This document shows positions 1 through 8,113 of a DNA stretch of 41,232 bases, one piece after another. Made by a program: the position numbers and the translations under genes. Origin of the DNA: Fimbriimonadales bacterium (lineage in GTDB: Bacteria; Armatimonadota; Fimbriimonadia; Fimbriimonadales; JABRVX01). The notes under the pieces are model-generated. The model saw nothing but the letters and a program-made list of their open reading frames with translations, was not told the origin of the DNA and ran no database searches. The stretch lies in NCBI GenBank assembly GCA_045862955.1, contig BTVI01000031.1, positions 1-41,232 of the forward strand. Direction: 5' to 3'. Position 1 is the stretch's first letter, and each line of letters begins with the position of its first letter.

Positions 1-131
1 CCATACCTGCGCGTGAACGCACCGCCCGCGGCACAATCGTGCGCGCTCAGCCGCACCTCCGCCTGGGACGTGACCCCGGTGTAGAACCGGCCGTCCCTGC
101 ATCTCAGGATGTACACTGCAGGTGATTTCAT
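1..131 (-). CDS. GIY-YIG nuclease family protein (UPF0213/YhbQ-like), 5' part only, runs off the window
   Basis: Manual translation of the reverse strand from ATG at 131 gives MKSPAVYILRCRDGRFYTGVTSQAEVRLSAHDCAAGGAFTRRYG. This matches the VYIL.C.DG..YTG.T...R...H...GA.FT pattern of small GIY-YIG proteins. GGAAAG lies 5 nt upstream. Not in the ORF track. Confidence 0.88.
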   Translation of the reverse strand, partial: MKSPAVYILRCRDGRFYTGVTSQAEVRLSAHDCAAGGAFTRRY

Positions 132-163
132 TGCATCTTTCCAAAGACGTTGCGGCCGCCGAG

Positions 164-821
164 GTCATGCTTCGACAGGCTCAGCATGACGGTGTATGGG
201 CGTTAGCCGCAAACCGTGTGCTCCCTTCCGGTGCCTCCAGACCCCTCGGTCGGGGGCTCCACCTTCGACAAGCTCGGCATGACGGCGCAGGGCCTGCCAG
301 GCGTCGCGGCGGCCGAGGTCATTCTTGGAAAAGCGCAGCAAGAAGGGTTTGGGGCCGGCCGGCGGCGCGGCCAGCCTCGACCGCGCTAGCCCCTGCAGAA
401 GCCTCTGCAAGCCCTACCACCGCCACACTCGTCATGCTGAGCCTGTCGAAGCATGACGACCACTCACCGCAACCTCTCGCACATCGCCGCCACGCCCCCA
501 CGCACAACCCAACCCTCGTCATGCTGAGCCTGTCGAAGCATAAGGGCGCCGGCCGCACGCTCTGCGCCTGCAGACGAAACCGTGCGTCGCCCCAGGTCAT
601 GCTTCGACAAGCTCAGCATGACGGTCTTGGGCCCGGCAGGCGGCGCGGCAGCCTCGACCACGCCAGCTCCTGCAGAAGCCTCTGCAAGCCCTACCACCGC
701 CATACTCGTCATGCTGAGCCTGTCGAAGCATGACTACCGCTCACCGCAACCTCTCGCACGTCGCCGCCACGCCCCCCACGCACATCCCAACCCCGTCATG
801 CTGAGCCTGTCGAAGCATGAC
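164..821. repeat. Cluster of 8 REP-like palindromes, family A (GTCATGCTGAGCCTGTCGAAGCATGAC)
   Basis: Copies at 164-190(-), 263-283(- partial), 318-345(- degenerate), 431-457(+), 518-544(+), 596-622(-), 708-734(+) and 795-821(+). Each has 8-bp terminal arms GTCATGCT/AGCATGAC. Segments 318-544 and 596-821 form a ~278-bp higher-order tandem duplication. Confidence 0.95.
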
Positions 822-998
822 GACCGCACGCCACGCACATCCGACACCCTATTGTACCGACGCGGCGGAACGGCACGCCGCAGGGCGGTGGGCCCGGAGC
901 CTCCGCAGGGATGGGCCGTGCACCGCCGAACCCATGTGCCCGATCAACCGTCCGTCGTGACCGACGGCACCCAATCCCCGAAACAGGAGGACGAACCC

Positions 999-3566
999 GT
1001 GGCCCGGTGGCAAGACCCTGCACTCCCTGTTCACGAACGCGTCGAAGACCTGCTCTCCCAAATGACCCTCGAGGAGAAAGTCTCCCAGATGATGCACGAG
1101 GCCGCCGAGATCCCCCGCCTCGGCATCCCCGCCTACAACTGGTGGAACGAGTGCCTCCACGGCGTCGCTTGGGCAGGCAACGCTACGGTCTTCCCCCAAG
1201 CCATCGGCATGGCCGCCACATGGAACGAGGCGCTCATCCTACGCGTGGCCGAGATCATCTCGGACGAAGCACGAGCCAAGCACCACGACGCAGTCAAACG
1301 TAACAACCGCGGCATCTTCTTCGGCCTCACCTATTGGAGCCCCAATATCAACATCTTCCGCGACCCGAGGTGGGGACGAGGCCAAGAGACATGGGGGGAA
1401 GACCCCTTCTTGACGGGCAAGCTGGCCTCCGCCTTCGTCCGCGGCCTTCAGGGCAACGACCCGAAGTATCTGAAGCTCGTCTCCACTCCCAAGCACTACG
1501 CGGTGCACAGCGGGCCGGAGCCGCTGCGCCACGAGTTCGACGCGATCGTTGACGAGTACGACCTCCACGACACCTATCTCCCCGCCTTCCGGGAGACGGT
1601 CGTCGAAGCCAGGGCCCACTCGGTGATGTCCGCCTATAACCGCATCAACGGTGAGCCGGCGAGCGCGAACCGCTACCTAATGAAGCTGCTGCGCGAGGAT
1701 TGGGGGTTCCAAGGCTACGTCGTCTCGGACTGCGGGGCGATCCATGACATCTTCACGGGTCACCAGTTCACCGAGACCGCCGAGGAAGCCGCGGCGGTGG
1801 CTGTCAAGGCCGGCACCGACATGAACTGCGGCGGCACCTATGCTGCACTCACCCGGGCCGTGGAGCAGGGCCTCATCACCGAGGCCGAGCTGGACGTGGC
1901 CCTCCGCCGCCTACTGACGGCCCGGTTTCGCCTCGGCATGTTCGACCCCGATGAGAAGGTGCCATACACCCGGATCCCGATGAGCGTGGTCTGCTCACCC
2001 AAGCACCGTATGGAAGCGCTTCGCACCGCACGCGAGTCCATCGTCCTGCTAAAGAACGACGGCATACTGCCCCTTTCCAAGCACCTCGGCGCCGTCGCCG
2101 TCATCGGACCGAATGCCGACATCGCGCAGATCGGCAACTATAGTGGAACTCCGGTGGACCCTGTCACCCCCCTCGCCGGAATTCGAGCGAAGGTCTCCGC
2201 CGATACGAAGGTGCTGTACGCGAAGGGCTGTGGACTCACCGGCACGGAGTTGGAACCGGTCCCGACCGAGGCACTGATACCGGCGGGCGACCGACCCGGC
2301 CAGACGGGACTGCTCGGCGAGTACTTCGCGAACCGAGACCTGGCCGGCGAGCCCGCCCTTACCCGAGTTGACGAGACGGTCAACTTCGATTGGGAGACCC
2401 GACCCCCCGATTCGGTCCTTCCTAAAGACAACTTCTCCGTCCGGTGGAGCGGCAAGCTGAAGCCTCCGGTGAGCGGAGAATACGACCTCGCCTTCGCGTC
2501 GGACGACGGCTTCCGGCTGTTCTTGGACGGTGAGCTGGTGATGGAAGATTGGACGGAGCATTCGCTGACCACCACGCGCCGCAAGGTCAGCTTGGAAGCC
2601 GAGAGAGTGTACGACCTCCGAATCGAGTACTTCGAGCACGAAGGCCAGGCGGCGGCGAAGCTGCTGTGGGCTCCCCCGGTCAAAGACCTTCTGGCGGAGG
2701 CTGTAGATGCCGCCAAGCAAGCAGACGTTGCCATCTTGTGTGTCGGCCTTTCACCGGAACTGGAGGGCGAGGAGCTTCGGCTGGACATCGAGGGCTTTCA
2801 CGGGGGCGACCGGACATCGCTAGACCTCCCGAAGGTCCAACAGGACTTACTGGAGCAGGTGCATGCCACCGGCAAGCCCGTGATCGTCGTTCTGATCGCC
2901 GGCTCCGCAGTAGCGCTTAACTGGGCCGACGAGCACTGCAAAGCCGTAATGTGCGCCTGGTACCCCGGCGAAGAGGGCGGTACTGCGATCGCGGACGTAC
3001 TTTTCGGCGACTACAACCCTGCGGGACGGCTTCCCGTAACCTTCTACCGGTCCGTCGCCGACCTGCCGCCCTTCGAGGATTACTCGATGAAGGGCCGAAC
3101 GTATCGGTACTTCGAAGGCGAGCCGCTCTACCCGTTCGGCTTCGGCCTCAGCTATACGCGGTTCTCCTACGACGATCTCGCGATAGAGCCCGGCGTCATC
3201 GAGGCCGGTGAAACGGCCAGCATCGCCGTGACCGTCCGAAACGTCGGAGAGCGAGCTGGAGACGAGGTGATCCAGCTGTATCTCGTCCACGCCTCGGGAG
3301 ATGGTCGGAAGCCCCTTCGTGCCCTGGCGGGTTTTCGGCGCGTTCATCTGGAACCAGGCGCCGAGACCAGGGTGGAGTTCGTGGTCGGGCCCCGCGAGCT
3401 GTCGCGTGTGCACCAAGACGGTAGCCGTTGGGTGGAACCGAGCGAAATTCAGGTATTGGTAGGGGGGCGGCAGCCTGATGAGGTGAGTAGGCGCCGCGCC
3501 GCGCACACGGGCATGTGCATCGGCACGCTCAGGATAGCGGGGAACAGGGTTCCGCTGCCGAGATAA
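999..3566 (+). CDS. GH3 beta-glucosidase/beta-xylosidase with PA14 insertion and C-terminal FnIII-like domain
   Basis: Motifs WWNECLHGVA, WSPNINIFRDPRWGRGQETWGEDP, KHYAVH and VVSDCGA (nucleophile Asp). PA14-like segment GLLGEYFAN...FSVRWSG...SDDGFRL. Start reassigned to GTG 999 after GGAGG; the upstream part of the ORF is translated repeat DNA. No signal peptide seen. Confidence 0.93.
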   Translation: MARWQDPALPVHERVEDLLSQMTLEEKVSQMMHEAAEIPRLGIPAYNWWNECLHGVAWAGNATVFPQAIGMAATWNEALILRVAEIISDEARAKHHDAVKRNNRGIFFGLTYWSPNINIFRDPRWGRGQETWGEDPFLTGKLASAFVRGLQGNDPKYLKLVSTPKHYAVHSGPEPLRHEFDAIVDEYDLHDTYLPAFRETVVEARAHSVMSAYNRINGEPASANRYLMKLLREDWGFQGYVVSDCGAIHDIFTGHQFTETAEEAAAVAVKAGTDMNCGGTYAALTRAVEQGLITEAELDVALRRLLTARFRLGMFDPDEKVPYTRIPMSVVCSPKHRMEALRTARESIVLLKNDGILPLSKHLGAVAVIGPNADIAQIGNYSGTPVDPVTPLAGIRAKVSADTKVLYAKGCGLTGTELEPVPTEALIPAGDRPGQTGLLGEYFANRDLAGEPALTRVDETVNFDWETRPPDSVLPKDNFSVRWSGKLKPPVSGEYDLAFASDDGFRLFLDGELVMEDWTEHSLTTTRRKVSLEAERVYDLRIEYFEHEGQAAAKLLWAPPVKDLLAEAVDAAKQADVAILCVGLSPELEGEELRLDIEGFHGGDRTSLDLPKVQQDLLEQVHATGKPVIVVLIAGSAVALNWADEHCKAVMCAWYPGEEGGTAIADVLFGDYNPAGRLPVTFYRSVADLPPFEDYSMKGRTYRYFEGEPLYPFGFGLSYTRFSYDDLAIEPGVIEAGETASIAVTVRNVGERAGDEVIQLYLVHASGDGRKPLRALAGFRRVHLEPGAETRVEFVVGPRELSRVHQDGSRWVEPSEIQVLVGGRQPDEVSRRRAAHTGMCIGTLRIAGNRVPLPR

Positions 3567-3730
3567 CCAGATGCTGAGATTGCGAGGGTTCGTTCATTTC
3601 GGATCAACCCGCTCGAGTCATCGGTTGCCGTAAAGCGAACCTCGTGAAGTTTGGTGCAGCAAAGAATCGGCAAAGTCCCGGCTTCTCGCCCGGATTCTCT
3701 CCTAGTTCCGCAAAAATCAGGCGCTCGGGT

Positions 3731-3759
3731 TTGACAACTGGCCCGAGTCGTGCTATCAT
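3731..3759 (+). promoter_or_regulatory. Near-consensus sigma70 promoter with extended -10
   Basis: TTGACA (3731-3736), a 17-nt spacer and TATCAT (3754-3759), with TG at 3751-3752. It lies 60 nt upstream of the ATG at 3820. Confidence 0.8.
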
Positions 3760-3819
3760 GTATTGCGGTTTTCTCAGTAGACCGACTAGTTTTGAGGCTA
3801 GAAAGGACTAAGGACAAAG

Positions 3820-4977
3820 ATGGTTACTCGCTCCTTGACGCTTCTCGCTGCCGCGTGCCTCGTCACGGCGGCTTTTGCTGATGGCGTAGTCAGCGCGACC
3901 AAGATGCCCGAGAACATTCCCACTAAGCACATTCACGTGACAGTGGGTCCCGACGGCATCGGCCGCGTGGACAGCGGTGTCGGCGTGCAGGCGAGCAGCA
4001 CGAACCTGCCGCTCTACTCCGTGATCAACGCCGGGCCTGAGGGCGACAGCGGCTACTACTTCCCGGCTGCGGCGTCTGACGGCTGGCAGGATAGCATCGG
4101 CTTCCCGGCACCGGCACAGATCAACGAGATCGTTGTTTGGTATTACGACGGCTCGGGTGCGGGCGCTAACGACACCGTGGACCTGGACCTGTTGATCTTC
4201 GACGCGACTGCGTCTGATGACTCGGACATCTACGACCGCGGCTGCACCGCCACCGGTGGTCTCGCTCTGGCTGCGTACACCATCCCTGGTCTTCCGCAGG
4301 ACAGCAACTTCTCGTGGATCGTGACCATTGACGTGAGCGCTTCGCCGACGATCGTTGCTGGTCGCGTCTGGGTCCAGCACGGCTACTACAATCAGACGTT
4401 CGGTGCCGGTAACACCACTGGCCCCATCCTGATGAATGGCGCCGAGGGCGTGCCGCTGGGCCGCTACGTACAGTACACCCGCGGTAACTATGCTTACCAG
4501 AACTCGCCGGCCGTCAGCGACAACGTGATGTGGAGCGTTGGTCTGAATGGCTGCTACTGGTTCGGTGGCAATCCGCGCGCGAACTTCTCGTACGCATTCA
4601 ATGGTCAGTATGCCTTCCGCGGCGAGCTCGCCGGTGACTTCGGTCTCCTCGGCAGCGTCCCTGCGTTCCCGATGAACACCTGCTACGTGACCGTTACGGA
4701 CAGCTCGGGGTTCGCTGAGACCAACCTCGTTTACCTGTACGGACCGAACGGCAACGAGTTCTCGCTGCCCTTCAACAGCACCGGCCCGTTCGACATCCGC
4801 GTCGAGGCGTTCAACGGCTACCTCAGCCGCTCGCTGCTCGGCGTGACCCCGGACCCGGTCGGCTTCACCACTACCGGTACGTTCAACCTGCGCGCCGGCG
4901 ATGCGAACGGCGACAACACCGTCAACATCGCTGACCTCAACACGGTCCTGATCAACTTCGGTCAGAGCGGCAACTAG
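3820..4977 (+). CDS. Secreted protein with C-terminal dockerin/EF-hand-like tail
   Basis: Signal peptide MVTRSLTLLAAACLVTAAFA and a G/N/T/aromatic-rich beta-type body. C-terminus is LRAGDANGDNTVNIADLNTVLINFG. RBS AAGGA and strongly biased codons. Confidence 0.8.
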   Translation: MVTRSLTLLAAACLVTAAFADGVVSATKMPENIPTKHIHVTVGPDGIGRVDSGVGVQASSTNLPLYSVINAGPEGDSGYYFPAAASDGWQDSIGFPAPAQINEIVVWYYDGSGAGANDTVDLDLLIFDATASDDSDIYDRGCTATGGLALAAYTIPGLPQDSNFSWIVTIDVSASPTIVAGRVWVQHGYYNQTFGAGNTTGPILMNGAEGVPLGRYVQYTRGNYAYQNSPAVSDNVMWSVGLNGCYWFGGNPRANFSYAFNGQYAFRGELAGDFGLLGSVPAFPMNTCYVTVTDSSGFAETNLVYLYGPNGNEFSLPFNSTGPFDIRVEAFNGYLSRSLLGVTPDPVGFTTTGTFNLRAGDANGDNTVNIADLNTVLINFGQSGN

Positions 4978-5005
4978 TCCGTACCCGAAACCGACAACGT
5001 TGCTT

Positions 5006-5029
5006 GCGCCCCCGCTCCGGCGGGGGCGC
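5006..5029. terminator. GC-rich hairpin between convergent genes
   Basis: GCGCCCCCGC-TCCG-GCGGGGGCGC is a perfect 10-bp stem just after the stop at 4977. There is no clear U-tract. Confidence 0.55.
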
Positions 5030-5088
5030 TCGCACATTGCGCCACGAGCATGCCTAGCTTGTCCGCCGCTCGCGGCGGAGACAGACGC

Positions 5089-5907
5089 TCAAGCTCTACG
5101 CAGCGTGATCGTCTGCACCTCGGGAGGGCAGAGGAAGCGGAAGTGGATGAACCCGGTGCCGACGCCTCGCGAGACGTACACGTGCGGAGCGCGCGAATAG
5201 CCCATCGCCCGACGCACCAGGTCAGGGTAGAAGTGACCCTCGGACCATTGCCACTCGAAGAGGCTGTGCGCCAGCAGCCCGCCGACCCCAGGAACGCGGA
5301 CTTGCCCGCCATGCGTGTGCCCACACAGCACGAGGTCCACCTCGGCCACCTCCGGATCCCTCAGCACCTGCGGTGCATGAGCCAGCAGCAGCCGAAACCC
5401 GCTCGGACAGTCGCGAAGGGCCGCCGAGAGGTCTGCCCGCCGAGTGTGCGGGTCGTCCACGCCGACTAAGAATAAGGCATCTCCGGAGCGCATGAGCTGC
5501 AACCACTCGTTCCCGAGCATTCGCACTCCGGCAGCTTCGAGCTCGGGCACTGCGCGCGCGGTGTCCACCCATCTCTTGTGCTCCGCATTGCCCAGTACGC
5601 CGAAGGCCCCCCGGGTCACGTTCGCTGCCTGCACCAGCCGGGCAACGTTGCCGACCGCAGCGTTGGTGTTAACGATGTCCCCGCCGAATAGCAGCAGGTC
5701 CGCAGGTTCGGCGAGGATGCGTGCTATCCGCGACTCCATGCTCGTCCAGCGGTTGCAATGCAGGTCGGTGACTAGGTGGATGCGTGCACCGTCCCAGCCC
5801 TCGGGAAGCCCACGCAACCGAATGGAAAACCGCCGATGGAATAACAACGCTGGCTCGACCAACGACGCATAACCGAGCAGACCGGCGAGAACGAGCGTCT
5901 CTATCAT
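5089..5907 (-). CDS. Calcineurin-like metallophosphoesterase (YkuE/YaeI-like) with N-terminal membrane anchor
   Basis: Motifs TDLH, GGDIVN, GNAEH, LLAHAP and GHTHGGQ. The start ATG at 5907 overlaps the methyltransferase stop (ATGA). Confidence 0.88.
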   Translation of the reverse strand: MIETLVLAGLLGYASLVEPALLFHRRFSIRLRGLPEGWDGARIHLVTDLHCNRWTSMESRIARILAEPADLLLFGGDIVNTNAAVGNVARLVQAANVTRGAFGVLGNAEHKRWVDTARAVPELEAAGVRMLGNEWLQLMRSGDALFLVGVDDPHTRRADLSAALRDCPSGFRLLLAHAPQVLRDPEVAEVDLVLCGHTHGGQVRVPGVGGLLAHSLFEWQWSEGHFYPDLVRRAMGYSRAPHVYVSRGVGTGFIHFRFLCPPEVQTITLRRA

Positions 5908-6623
5908 TTGCGCGCTACCAACACGAGGCTCACTCCCCACGGCAAGTCGGTGCGGCGCAGAAGCCTGTTCTCCCAGCGCATCAGCGCCAGCAGTATTCGA
6001 TTCGGCAAGTCGCCGAGCCACCACAGGCTTGCTCGCGACCTTATACCAAACAATCGGCCGACCAGGCGGGCGACCGCGACGACAGGAAAGAGCAAGAAGA
6101 CCGCATACGTCAAGCGAACGACCGCCAATCCCGACCGCTCCACCAGCCTTTTCAGTTGGACTTTGCGATACCGGCGGAAGTGGTGAAGGGCGACATCGTG
6201 CCCGCTCCACAGCAGCGGATAGGCGGGTGTGCTGAGCACTAGCGTGCCATTTGGCTTCAGCACTCGCGCGATCTCACTTAGCGCCTTCTCGTCGTCCGAC
6301 ACGTGCTCCAGCACGTCCAACGCGACCACACAGTCCAACGAGGCGGTGCGGAACGGCAGCCGTTGGAGGTCTCCGAGCGAAAGCGCGCTCAGTCCTCTTT
6401 GCCTGCAGAAGGCAAGTGCCCGCTCGCTCAGATCGCACGCGAACACGGTGCCGTGCGCAGATAGGTCTCGCGCAGTCGCGCCCGCCCCGCAGCCAACGTC
6501 TAGAATGCGTCCGCGCCTCGGTACGTGCATACGGACGAAGTCCACTCCCAGTTCGCGGCGAGCCACGAACCACCAGTAGCGGTCTTCCAGGCGAAAGAGC
6601 CGCTCGTACTCCTCAGCGTTCAT
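5904..6623 (-). CDS. Class I SAM-dependent methyltransferase
   Basis: Motif I ILDVGCGAG, plus ALDVLEH and RVLKPNG. EDRYWWFVARR/WSGHDVALHHFRRY are typical of glycosyltransferase-linked methyltransferases. Confidence 0.9.
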   Translation of the reverse strand: MNAEEYERLFRLEDRYWWFVARRELGVDFVRMHVPRRGRILDVGCGAGATARDLSAHGTVFACDLSERALAFCRQRGLSALSLGDLQRLPFRTASLDCVVALDVLEHVSDDEKALSEIARVLKPNGTLVLSTPAYPLLWSGHDVALHHFRRYRKVQLKRLVERSGLAVVRLTYAVFLLFPVVAVARLVGRLFGIRSRASLWWLGDLPNRILLALMRWENRLLRRTDLPWGVSLVLVARK

Positions 6624-7395
6624 TGGGCTGAACGACGTAGCGGGCCGAGCCGCGCGTGCGAAGCTTCAGCAGGTCCCACGTCATCCGCATTCCGTCGCGC
6701 AGAAGGTTGACTTTGGAGCCTGCCTGGTGTCGCCACACGATCGGCACCTCGGCGATCTCGTACCTAAGCAGCCTGGCCACGTACAGCGCCTCGATGTCGA
6801 AGGAAAAGCCGTCGTAGGTGCAGCGCGAGAAGATCTCCTTCGCAGCTTCGTGGGTGAACAGCTTGAACCCGCACTGAGTATCGTGGATGCCCGGCACACC
6901 GAGCAGCTGCACGAAGCGGTTGAAGGCCCGCCCCAGCCACTCACGATAGAAAGGTTGCCGCACCTCCAACCGGCTCTCTCTCAGTGGGCGAGAGCCTATC
7001 GCGACGTCGGCTCCGGCAGCCATCGCAGCCTCTAGCTTCTCTAGCTCTTCGATAGGGGTGGCGAGATCGGCGTCGGAGAACAGCATGCGGTCGCCGTCGC
7101 GGTTCAGCATTCCGTGGCGCACGGCGTAGCCCTTGCCGCGGTTGGGAGAATACGTCAGCAGGTCGAAGCAGGGGTGCCCCTCGGCGAAGGCCCGCACGAT
7201 CCGCTCCGTCTCGTCCGTGCTCCCGTCACTCACCACGGTCACGCGATAGGACGCCCCGCGCCCGTCTAGGTACTCGGCCACGCGGCGCAGCGTGCCCTCG
7301 ATGCGCGCCTCCTCGTTGTATGCGGGAATGATCACGGCCAGGCTGGGTCTGGGGCAGCTCAAACCAAGTTCACCTCGCGACCCAGTGTACTCCAC
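6613..7395 (-). CDS. GT2 polyprenyl/dolichyl-phosphate glycosyltransferase-like protein
   Basis: Motifs IIPAYNEE, DGSTD, NRGKG, DADLATP, DTQCGFKLF and FSFDIE. The true start may be TTG 7362, after GAGGTG. Confidence 0.9.
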   Translation of the reverse strand: MEYTGSRGELGLSCPRPSLAVIIPAYNEEARIEGTLRRVAEYLDGRGASYRVTVVSDGSTDETERIVRAFAEGHPCFDLLTYSPNRGKGYAVRHGMLNRDGDRMLFSDADLATPIEELEKLEAAMAAGADVAIGSRPLRESRLEVRQPFYREWLGRAFNRFVQLLGVPGIHDTQCGFKLFTHEAAKEIFSRCTYDGFSFDIEALYVARLLRYEIAEVPIVWRHQAGSKVNLLRDGMRMTWDLLKLRTRGSARYVVQPNER

Positions 7396-7409
7396 AGGTC
7401 CGCGCAGGG

Positions 7410-7970
7410 TCAGTCCCTAAGCGGCACGCCGCGTGCGTCGTTGTCCACGGTGTTGAACGCCAGCATCATCAGGCCATCGATGAACGACCACAGGTGCCCC
7501 GGCACGCAGACCGGAAGGCAGGTGCACGGGATGTAGTAGTACAAGGGAACGCTCGCGACCGTAACCAAGAGCTGCAGGAAGCCGATCAGGAAGTAGCCGA
7601 GGTACAGCCGCCCCGCGCCGGGCAGAAACATGTTCAGCACGCCGGCTGCCACGCGGCTCCTGCCCGTGGGCGCCGCGTACTCGACCGGCTCGTACGAGCC
7701 CTGCCCAACGCTCTGCAGGGTTGGCGGCGGCGGCGCGAACGGAGTCTGAGCCGGCGTGCCGGACGGCGGAGGGGGAGGCTCGGCGTGGCGGAACATCGCC
7801 GCGACCTCCGCGATGCTTCCAGCAGGCAGCCACTCGGCCATGCCCGGCTTCCACATTAGCGTCTGGCGAGTGATGACGTTTCCCTGTACCAGGTTTCGCA
7901 CCTGAATCTCGCCTATCGGCCCGATCTGGCCCTGACCACTGATGTAGTACCACGAAGCCACCGCAACCAC
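7410..7970 (-). CDS. GYF_2 (DUF4339) plus TM2-domain membrane protein
   Basis: GYF_2 pattern WYY...GQIGP...TLMWKPGMAEWLPA, then a Pro-rich linker and the TM2 pattern SRVAAGVLNMFLPGAGRLYLGY. Confidence 0.82.
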   Translation of the reverse strand: MVAVASWYYISGQGQIGPIGEIQVRNLVQGNVITRQTLMWKPGMAEWLPAGSIAEVAAMFRHAEPPPPPSGTPAQTPFAPPPPTLQSVGQGSYEPVEYAAPTGRSRVAAGVLNMFLPGAGRLYLGYFLIGFLQLLVTVASVPLYYYIPCTCLPVCVPGHLWSFIDGLMMLAFNTVDNDARGVPLRD

Positions 7971-8113
7971 CCGATCTCAGAATCGTCAACAATATGAATG
8001 GGAGACCGTGCCTCGGGTTCGTCTGCGCATAGGGAATCGCACGAGCACCCCAACCGTATTCGAGTCGTGACCGGTCACAATAGGATCAACCGCCAACGGA
8101 GGTCGCCACGGTA

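Noticed and set aside
164..821. CRISPR array or IS terminal inverted repeats
   Set aside because: Mixed orientations, irregular and duplicated spacers, and no transposase between the repeats.
122..998. ORFs 122..733, 165..410, 319..600 and 464..712, and the N-terminal extension of 582..3566
   Set aside because: They are translations of the family A repeat (VMLSLSKHD, SCFDRLSMT, HAEPVEA) with no protein-like content. The GH3 has a good RBS at 999.
3808..5037. 409-aa reverse-strand ORF
   Set aside because: Antisense shadow of the codon-biased gene 3820..4977, which has the promoter, RBS and signal peptide.
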